Below, in pieces: positions 26,131-33,368 of a DNA stretch of 33,368 bases (the stretch's first letter is position 1; the number at the start of each line of letters is the position of its first letter). The notes beneath the pieces were generated by a model. It was given only the letters and a program-made list of their open reading frames with translations, was not told the DNA's origin and did no database searches. Source of the DNA: a virus (lineage: Duplodnaviria; Caudoviricetes). The stretch spans positions 1 through 33,368 of the IMG/VR virus record IMGVR_UViG_3300032327_000744; one strand, given 5' to 3'. The position numbers and the translations under genes were made by a program.

Positions 26131-29100
26131 ATGGCAAAGTTAGTAGGAAGGAAACCAATAGAACTTAATATAAAGGATCAAAAAGATGGATATGTTCCCA
26201 TATATGATTCTGGGAGTAAATCCTGGAATACTATAAGTACAGGTAGTATATCTGCTTCTTTTGCTAAAACAGCATTGAATGTTTTAGGAGGAGCTATTAA
26301 TTACATACCATTTTTTAGTAGTAGTACACTATTAAGCAGTAGTTTTATATCTCAAGTAGATACTACTATTGCTATAAATGATATCAATTATACACAAGCA
26401 AATCCAGAAGCACTACTTGTATATCAATCAAATAGACAATCAATTAATATAATATCAGGAAAAGCGAATCTTGATAACTATGCTCAACTAAATATATTCA
26501 ATACAAACAATGGTGTTAATGCTTCATCAGATATAGTTGCTACTGCAAATAACGGAAATGAGTTTGGTAACTACATAGACATGGGTATTAATGGAGCTGG
26601 CTATAATAGTGGATTTATTGGAGGCCCAAATGATGCTTATCTATATACTACTGGTAGTCATCTTCATATAGGAAATACAACCCCAGACAAACCTATACAA
26701 TTTTTTGTAGGTGGTCCAAATAGTGATTTATATAGAAAACTTGAATTAAATCCCAATAATCAACATAATATAACAGGTTCTCTTGAAATTAGTGGTAGTT
26801 TAAAAGTAAATCAAGGTATTACAGGGTCATTATTTGGTAGTGCATCTTATGCAAATAACGCAATATCTGCATCTTATCTTGTAGGATTTAATCCAACATC
26901 CACAAATACCGGATCTTTTACAGGATCATTTACCGGTTCTTTATTAGGTACAGCTTCTTATGTAATAAATGCTGCAACTGCCTCATATCTTGTTGGTTTT
27001 GATATTACTACAGTAAAAATAGGAGCATTTACAGGTTCTTTTACTGGTTCATTTACAGGATCTTTATTTGGTACTTCATCAACATCAATAAGTTCTAGTT
27101 ATGCCTTAACTGCATTATCTGCATCTTATCTTGTAGGATTTAATCCAACATCCACAAATACCGGATCTTTTACCGGATCTTTTACAGGTTCATTACTAGG
27201 TACTTCCTCAGCAGCAATAAGTTCATCATATGCAACAACTGCTAGCTATGTTTTAAATGCTGTATCAGCATCTTACTTAATAGGATTTAACCCCACTACA
27301 ACAAATACAGGCTCTTTTACCGGATCTTTTACCGGATCCCTACTAGGTACATCATCATTAGCAATAAGTTCATCTTATGCTCAAACTGCTTCTTATGTTT
27401 TAAATGCTATATCATCTTCTTATAGTTTAAGTTCATCCTACTCAGCAACATCTTCTTATGCGGCTACAGCTCAAACAGCTTCTTATGTTTTAAATGCTGT
27501 ATCATCTTCTTACAGTTTAAGTTCCTCTTACGCTACTACTGCTTCCTACGTTAAAAACTCAATATCTTCTTCTTATGCTACTACTGCTTCTTATGCAATA
27601 ATTGCAAGTAATAGTACTTTATTAAATAATACATCCTCTACAATATTTGCTACTACAGGTTCTAATACATTTGTAGGAAATCAAACAATAAGTGGAAGTC
27701 TAGTAGTTAGCGGATCTTCAACATTTTCTAACTCTCAGTTTACTGTTACAGGTAGTGTTAATATATCCGGATCTACTACTCAAATAGGTAATAATAATTT
27801 ATTAGGAAATACTACTTTATCAGGAAGTATTATAATATCGGGATCCCAAGGAAGCACTACACCATCAATTCAAATATATGGGGATACCAAACAGCACGGG
27901 TATATACAATTTGAACCAGTAAACACAAATATAAACACTGCTATATCAGCATCGTATATTTATGTCTCTGGATCTACTAATGACTTATATTTTAGTCAAA
28001 ATGGATCAGGATATAATAACGTAACTAGACTTAGATGGTTAGAGGGTAATCTATATACAGGATTATTAAATGGTGGTATTATAGGATCATCATCGTCTAC
28101 AGTATACACAATATCTAGTGGTAGTGGAATTATAGTAAATTTAAATGCTTCCACATCATCCAATCCATTTCCTACAATACAATATCTCAATTGGGATAAT
28201 TTATCTAAAAGTATAGACGAATTTAGCGGTTCATATGACCAACAATTTGTAGGAGTACAATCAAACGGAACTATAGCTGCACAAGGAACTACATTTACAA
28301 ATTCCCAAAACGACTCATTAATACCTATTGGGGTTGTTCTACATCAGAACCATTCAACAATTAATGGAGTAAAAACACAACCTTCTTTAGCTTACGGATA
28401 TAAACAAAGGTCTAGTACTTTTATTAAAGCCTTTGGCCAATTAAAATTATCAGGTTTTGCTTTAGCTCCAAGTGGATCCTCTGATTTAGGATTAACAGTA
28501 TCTAGTGGTACTGCATTTGCCGATGGTGCTAATTACCCATCAAACCCAGATAATCCATCATACGTAACAGATCCTGGAACTACAGTATCAAAAATATTCA
28601 GATATTATCAATCAGGATCTCAATGGAGATATGAAACCAATAATGGAGCAGGAACTGGTAGTATAGACCCTACTCAATATTCTAATAATGGAGCATTAAC
28701 TAGGGTACCAAATAATAGATGGTCAATACAAAGAGTGTTTTGGTTTCCAAATTCTACAACAAAAGCAATAGTTGTTTATTATGGAAATTCTACATACACT
28801 AATTCGGACACAGCTTTTACAGGTATACAAGTAGAATCATTCACAGAAGCACCAAATACAGCAGCAAATGCTATATATTTAGGTGCTATACTTATTAAAG
28901 AAAATGGAAATTTTAATAATGCAGCATCATATCAAATCATACCTGGGGGATTATTTAGATCTGTTGGAGGGCAATCAGGGGGTGGCGGAACTATAGCATC
29001 TATGGCATTATCAACACTATCAGATGTAGCTTTATCAAACCCAACTAATAATCAGTTATTAGTTTATAATTCTAGTACTCAAAAATGGTATAACTCAAGT

Positions 29101-30528
29101 ACGGTTACAGCTGATGTTACAGGTAATGCTTCAACAGCAACAACTGCCTCTTATGCTTTAACAGCATCATTAGCAATTAGTTCTAGCTATGCTACTACAG
29201 CTTCATTTTTACTAGGAACTATAGGATTTGCTACTAATGCTACATCTGCGTCTTACGCAGCTACTGCATCAATAGCGACTAGTTCTAGCTATGCTATTAA
29301 TTCAACTTCTGCTTCTTATGCTTTAACTGTTATATCAGCATCTTATGCGGCAACTGCCTCAATAGCGATTAGTTCTAGCTATGCTGTAACTTCATCTTAT
29401 GTAATCACGGCTCAAACAGCATCTTATGTTCTAAATGCTATATCTGCATCTTATGCACAAACTGCTTCTTTCTTATTAGGAACAGTAAATAACGCTACTA
29501 ATGCTACTTCTGCATCATATGCAGCTACTGCATCAATAGCAACTAGTTCTTCTTATGCACAAACTGCTTCTTTCTTATTAGGAACAGTAAATAACGCTAC
29601 TAATGCTACTTCTGCATCATATGCAGCTACTGCATCAATAGCAACTAGTTCTTCTTATGCGGCAACAGCTTCATTTCTACTAGGAACAGTAACCACAGCA
29701 CAGACAGCTTCTTATGTTTTAAATGCTGTATCTTCTTCTTATGTACTTAGTTCATCATATTCATTAAATGCTACTACTGCTTCTTTTCTATTAGGAACAG
29801 CAAGTAACTCAACAACAGCATCTTATGCATTAACAGCCTCCTTTTTACTAGGAACAGTAACCACAGCTCAAACAGCTTCTTATGTTTTAAATGCTGTATC
29901 TGCATCTTACCATTCAGGATCAGGTTTAATATCAAATGCTATATCAGCATCTTACGCAGTTACAGCATCAATAGCAACTAGTTCTAGCTATGCCATTACA
30001 TCTTCTTTCTTACTAGGAACAGTAACTACAGCCCAAACTGCATCTTATGTTTTAAATGCTGTATCTGCATCCTATGCCGCTACATCATCTACAGCAACTA
30101 GTTCATCTTATGCATTAACAGCTTCTTATGTTTTAAATGCTGTGTCAGCTTCAGTAGCAACATCTGCATCTTATGCTGCTACTGCATCTTACGCTAATAA
30201 TTTAAGTATAGGAGGAACTTTAGAAGTAAATAATAATATACCTTCTAATGCAACACCACAAGTTAATATAGTAACTAGAGCCACAGGATCATTTACTTCT
30301 TTATTCTGTAAATATACAATATCCTCAGGTTCTAATGCTAGATCAGGACAAGTAATGGCGGTATGGAATGGTTCAAGCGTACAGTATACAGATTTTTCAA
30401 CTTTAGATATTGGATCAACAAGTGCTATAACTCCTTCAGTAACTTTAGTAGGAAGCAGTGTGTCATTAGACTTCACAAACCCTAATGCAGCAGCATGGTT
30501 ATTTAAAACATTAGTAACATTTATGTAA
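26131..30528 (+). CDS. Large Ser/Thr/Ala/Gly-rich repetitive fibre-like virion protein
   Basis: 1465 aa. Two low-complexity blocks (TGSFTGS, TASYA, ASFLLGT) separate non-repetitive domains. Confidence 0.65.
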   Translation: MAKLVGRKPIELNIKDQKDGYVPIYDSGSKSWNTISTGSISASFAKTALNVLGGAINYIPFFSSSTLLSSSFISQVDTTIAINDINYTQANPEALLVYQSNRQSINIISGKANLDNYAQLNIFNTNNGVNASSDIVATANNGNEFGNYIDMGINGAGYNSGFIGGPNDAYLYTTGSHLHIGNTTPDKPIQFFVGGPNSDLYRKLELNPNNQHNITGSLEISGSLKVNQGITGSLFGSASYANNAISASYLVGFNPTSTNTGSFTGSFTGSLLGTASYVINAATASYLVGFDITTVKIGAFTGSFTGSFTGSLFGTSSTSISSSYALTALSASYLVGFNPTSTNTGSFTGSFTGSLLGTSSAAISSSYATTASYVLNAVSASYLIGFNPTTTNTGSFTGSFTGSLLGTSSLAISSSYAQTASYVLNAISSSYSLSSSYSATSSYAATAQTASYVLNAVSSSYSLSSSYATTASYVKNSISSSYATTASYAIIASNSTLLNNTSSTIFATTGSNTFVGNQTISGSLVVSGSSTFSNSQFTVTGSVNISGSTTQIGNNNLLGNTTLSGSIIISGSQGSTTPSIQIYGDTKQHGYIQFEPVNTNINTAISASYIYVSGSTNDLYFSQNGSGYNNVTRLRWLEGNLYTGLLNGGIIGSSSSTVYTISSGSGIIVNLNASTSSNPFPTIQYLNWDNLSKSIDEFSGSYDQQFVGVQSNGTIAAQGTTFTNSQNDSLIPIGVVLHQNHSTINGVKTQPSLAYGYKQRSSTFIKAFGQLKLSGFALAPSGSSDLGLTVSSGTAFADGANYPSNPDNPSYVTDPGTTVSKIFRYYQSGSQWRYETNNGAGTGSIDPTQYSNNGALTRVPNNRWSIQRVFWFPNSTTKAIVVYYGNSTYTNSDTAFTGIQVESFTEAPNTAANAIYLGAILIKENGNFNNAASYQIIPGGLFRSVGGQSGGGGTIASMALSTLSDVALSNPTNNQLLVYNSSTQKWYNSSTVTADVTGNASTATTASYALTASLAISSSYATTASFLLGTIGFATNATSASYAATASIATSSSYAINSTSASYALTVISASYAATASIAISSSYAVTSSYVITAQTASYVLNAISASYAQTASFLLGTVNNATNATSASYAATASIATSSSYAQTASFLLGTVNNATNATSASYAATASIATSSSYAATASFLLGTVTTAQTASYVLNAVSSSYVLSSSYSLNATTASFLLGTASNSTTASYALTASFLLGTVTTAQTASYVLNAVSASYHSGSGLISNAISASYAVTASIATSSSYAITSSFLLGTVTTAQTASYVLNAVSASYAATSSTATSSSYALTASYVLNAVSASVATSASYAATASYANNLSIGGTLEVNNNIPSNATPQVNIVTRATGSFTSLFCKYTISSGSNARSGQVMAVWNGSSVQYTDFSTLDIGSTSAITPSVTLVGSSVSLDFTNPNAAAWLFKTLVTFM
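26864..27173 (+). repeat. Identical 58-bp direct repeat (26864-26921 and 27116-27173), in frame
   Basis: tatctgcatcttatcttgtaggatttaatccaacatccacaaataccggatcttttac occurs twice, 252 nt apart. Confidence 0.9.
29449..29660 (+). repeat. Perfect 102-bp in-frame tandem duplication
   Basis: The unit encoding SYAQTASFLLGTVNNATNATSASYAATASIATSS starts at 29449 and 29551, with a partial third copy at 29653. Confidence 0.92.
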
Positions 30529-30544
30529 AAAACAAAAAAACTAC

Positions 30545-30552
30545 ATATTTAT
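30545..30552 (+). promoter_or_regulatory. ATATTTAT motif, candidate late promoter element
   Basis: Intergenic CTACATATTTATTA, 41 nt before ATG 30594. Confidence 0.55.
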
Positions 30553-30562
30553 TAAAAACCGC

Positions 30563-30586
30563 ACCTTAGGGATATTGAACTGAGGT
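30563..30586 (+). promoter_or_regulatory. Leader hairpin, candidate translational operator
   Basis: ACCTTAG-GGATATTGAA-CTGAGGT (7 bp with one G-U pair) ends 7 nt before the ATG and has no U tract. Confidence 0.5.
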
Positions 30587-30593
30587 ACAATAT

Positions 30594-32456
30594 ATGGCAA
30601 ATGAATTTATAGCACGGAAAGGTTTAATAGCATCATCAGACTCTACAGTAACAGGATCATTAACTGTTAGTGGCAGTTTAAAAATAACAGGTAGTGTAGC
30701 ATTAAATAGTATACCAAACTCATCTACCGCTAATGCTCTATATTACAACACTACTGATGGTACAGTTTCATACGCAGCAGCAGGTGCAGGTGGAAACCCA
30801 TTTCCTTTCACAGGAACCGCAGTAATATCAGGATCACTTCAAATAGTAACTTCAGGAAGTAGAGCTGTGGTAATTTCAGCTAGTCAAGCAGCAAATTACA
30901 TAAGTCAATCTCTATCACAATCAGCTATTGTAGGGGCAACTATTTACGGTTTAAATATAGCGCCTTCATTTACAAACACAACAAGCTCTCAAACACAAAC
31001 AGCATTAAGAGTAAATCCAACTTTTACAGGATCTTTTTCAAGTAGTGCTACTAATAACGTAGTTGATTTTGGCACCTCCACAATCGGATCACAGTTTATA
31101 ATCAATGATGTAACTTCTGGTTCAATATATCAAGTAAACGATTCAATAGGTGTGCCAATTATAGAAGCTACCTCAGATTGGGTAGTAAATATGTACGAAG
31201 GACCTGCTACTGTAGTTTTTAAAAAAAGCGGTAGTGCAGTTTATATGACAGGTTCTTTACAAGGAACTGCATCTTATGCAACTACAGCATCTTATGCTAC
31301 TGTTGCTGCTGCATTAGCGGGTGGTACTAGTGCTGCATTCCCTTTTACAGGAAATGCTATCATATCAGGGTCTTTACAAGTAGTAACTTCGGGTAGTAGA
31401 GGAGTAATTATATCTGCTAGTCAAGCAGCGAACTACATAAGCCAATCACTATCGCAGTCAGCAACTGTAGGAGCAACTATTTATGGATTATCGATATCCC
31501 CAACATTTACAAACACAACTAGCTCTCAAACTCAAACAGCATTAAAAATAAATCCTACTTTTACAGGATCTTTTTCAAGTAGTGCTACTAATAATATAGT
31601 AGACTTCGGAACATCTACTGTAGGCACACAATTTATAATTAACGATGTAACATCAGGATCAATCTATCAAGTAAACGACTCTGTAGGTATCCCAATTATA
31701 GAAGCTACCTCAGATTGGGTAGTAAATATGTACGAAGGACCTTCAAATATAATATTTAAAAAGAGCGGCAGTGCAGTTTATATGACTGGTTCATTATTTG
31801 GAACTGCTTCTTATGCAACTACAGCATCAACTTTATTAGGAGGTATACCAACTACATTTCCATATCAAGGAACAGCAGTAATATCAGGCTCACTTCAAGT
31901 AGTAACTTCGGGTAGCAGAGCGGTAGTACTTCCAACAGGATCAGCAGCAAACTATATAAGTCAATCTTTATCACAATCAGCTATTGTAGGGGCCGCAATA
32001 TATGGAATGCTAATAGCTCCAACATTCACTAATACTACTTCATCACAAACACAAACAGCATTAAGAGTAAATCCTACTTTTACAGGTTCTTTTTCAAGTA
32101 GTGCTGTTAATAATATAGTAGATTTTGGTTCTTCAGCAATAGGATCACAATTTATAATTAACGATGTAATATCAGGTTCTATTTACCAAGTAAATGATAT
32201 AAATGGCATAACGATTATAGAAGCTACTTCCGACTGGATAGTAAATATGTATGAAGGACCAAATACTAAGGTATTACAAAAAAGCGGTAGCGGGATTTAT
32301 ATAACAGGATTACTAAGTATGGCTACAAGTTCTACTTTTGTACTTCCATTAACAGCTTCTTCAATATCACCTAAACCAACAGGTTCAGCATATTTTAGCG
32401 GTAGCTTCTTATACATATGGAATGGATCTAGATATGTAAGTTCAAGTTTTTCTTAA
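30594..32456 (+). CDS. Putative fibre/structural protein built from three ~175-aa internal repeats
   Basis: MANEFIARKGL start. Repeat units begin FP(F/Y).G.A.ISGSLQ at 30801, 31338 and 31857. Confidence 0.65.
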   Translation: MANEFIARKGLIASSDSTVTGSLTVSGSLKITGSVALNSIPNSSTANALYYNTTDGTVSYAAAGAGGNPFPFTGTAVISGSLQIVTSGSRAVVISASQAANYISQSLSQSAIVGATIYGLNIAPSFTNTTSSQTQTALRVNPTFTGSFSSSATNNVVDFGTSTIGSQFIINDVTSGSIYQVNDSIGVPIIEATSDWVVNMYEGPATVVFKKSGSAVYMTGSLQGTASYATTASYATVAAALAGGTSAAFPFTGNAIISGSLQVVTSGSRGVIISASQAANYISQSLSQSATVGATIYGLSISPTFTNTTSSQTQTALKINPTFTGSFSSSATNNIVDFGTSTVGTQFIINDVTSGSIYQVNDSVGIPIIEATSDWVVNMYEGPSNIIFKKSGSAVYMTGSLFGTASYATTASTLLGGIPTTFPYQGTAVISGSLQVVTSGSRAVVLPTGSAANYISQSLSQSAIVGAAIYGMLIAPTFTNTTSSQTQTALRVNPTFTGSFSSSAVNNIVDFGSSAIGSQFIINDVISGSIYQVNDINGITIIEATSDWIVNMYEGPNTKVLQKSGSGIYITGLLSMATSSTFVLPLTASSISPKPTGSAYFSGSFLYIWNGSRYVSSSFS

Positions 32457-32477
32457 TAATAAAAATAAAATAAATAT

Positions 32478-33260
32478 ATGGCAGTATATGAAAATGCAGC
32501 CCCTATAAATGCAACAACTAGTAATTTTATAACAGCAACAAAATTAACAAATAAAACTCATTTGAGGGCTGTATCATATTTATCTAGTAATTTAATATCA
32601 ACAGGTTTATACGACAAGTTAGTAGCAGTTTACCCGATGATAGGAGGAACTTCAGGATCCCACATGTATAACTTAAAAAACCCAGTAGATTCTAATGCCG
32701 CATATAGATTATCTTTTTACTCAGGGGTAACTCATAATAGTACTGGGAGTATCTTTGATGGCACAAGTGGATACGCTAACACATTTTTATCTGCAAGTAG
32801 TACCGATCTTTCACAAAATAGTGTATCTCTGTGGTATTATGCAACAGGAGGTAAAACAGTTAATGGTATAGCAGTTACTATGGGAGCAAACAATATAAGT
32901 CTACATACACCATTTAGTAATTATGGTAACAATTTTTCAAAAGTAAATGATAATTTTGACGGAACATATAGTTTATTAGACAATAATTTTAAAAAAGGTT
33001 TCTTTGGTGTTAGCAGAACAGGTAGCGCTAGTTTTAATTATTATATTGATGGTAATTCATTTTATTCGGCAAGTGCAACATCAATAACTCCTACAACTAA
33101 TAATTTATTTATTGGAGCAGAAAATGGAAATGGAAATGCAGGTAATTATACAAATCTATGGTGTGGTTTTGCAGCTATTGGAAAAGGACTTACAACTACG
33201 GAATCATTCACATTATATACAATTGTAAAACAATATGAAACAATATTAGGAAGACAATAA
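32478..33260 (+). CDS. Hypothetical beta-sandwich (possibly LamG/ConA-like) virion-associated protein
   Basis: FDGTSGYANT, FFGVSR....FNYYIDG, LFIGA and GLT..E...LY pattern. Confidence 0.5.
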   Translation: MAVYENAAPINATTSNFITATKLTNKTHLRAVSYLSSNLISTGLYDKLVAVYPMIGGTSGSHMYNLKNPVDSNAAYRLSFYSGVTHNSTGSIFDGTSGYANTFLSASSTDLSQNSVSLWYYATGGKTVNGIAVTMGANNISLHTPFSNYGNNFSKVNDNFDGTYSLLDNNFKKGFFGVSRTGSASFNYYIDGNSFYSASATSITPTTNNLFIGAENGNGNAGNYTNLWCGFAAIGKGLTTTESFTLYTIVKQYETILGRQ

Positions 33261-33270
33261 TTAAAAAAAT

Positions 33271-33368
33271 ATGAGTATAGCAATATTACTAACAGAAAAA
33301 CAGAGAGATTCATTATTATACCAACAATATAATGGTCCTGATTGTGTATTTAATCCAAAATTAGATGA
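33271..33368 (+). CDS. Hypothetical protein, 3'-truncated by the window edge
   Basis: ATG after an A-rich leader; open to the end (MSIAILLTEKQRDSLLYQQYNGPDCVFNPKLD). Confidence 0.55.
   Translation, partial: MSIAILLTEKQRDSLLYQQYNGPDCVFNPKLD

Noticed and set aside
29130-30200. Ice-nucleation-protein-like repeats
   Set aside because: Similar composition, but no strict 8/16-residue AGYGSTxT periodicity.
1892-30476. Short minus-strand ORFs in the ORF track, plus nested plus-strand ORFs 18068-18343 and 18769-18981
   Set aside because: All overlap long, motif-bearing plus-strand genes, have shadow-like composition and show no recognisable motifs.
30801-32330. Repeats as a diversity-generating retroelement TR/VR pair
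   Set aside because: No reverse transcriptase in the window, all copies are coding, and differences look mainly synonymous rather than adenine-specific.
1-33368. Stop-codon reassignment
   Set aside because: Core genes are intact in the standard code. TGA (907, 8419, 14987) and TAG (10207) end ORFs at sensible, often coupled, positions.

Overview
A very AT-rich, gene-dense, entirely plus-strand segment of a large tailed dsDNA phage with a T4-like head module and the standard genetic code. Gene order: a 5'-truncated primase and a YqaJ/lambda-type exonuclease; about 8 kb of poorly characterised genes (HIGH-type and two Pol-beta-type nucleotidyltransferase domains, an HExxH zincin, a ferritin-like protein, small basic proteins, a PD-(D/E)xK-like domain); a GH19 endolysin and a spanin-like pair; then TerL, portal, three unknown head genes, prohead protease, scaffold, major capsid protein, terminator, PhoH, neck and tail-completion genes, and large Ser/Thr/Gly/Ala-rich repetitive virion proteins. 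SD-less A-rich start regions and a signal peptide followed by Gln suggest a Bacteroidota host (inference). The most interesting signal is that many genes in 1.6-9.9 kb look like polyproteins whose domains are bounded by (L/I/V)-x-E motifs matching T4 prohead-protease specificity, and one carries a copy of the scaffold's C-terminal QKIAGI motif. This suggests a capsid-loaded, maturation-activated enzyme and peptide cargo system. A recurrent ATATTTAT upstream motif (candidate late promoter) and two hairpin-containing leaders were also seen. All calls come from reading motifs by eye; no database searches were run.
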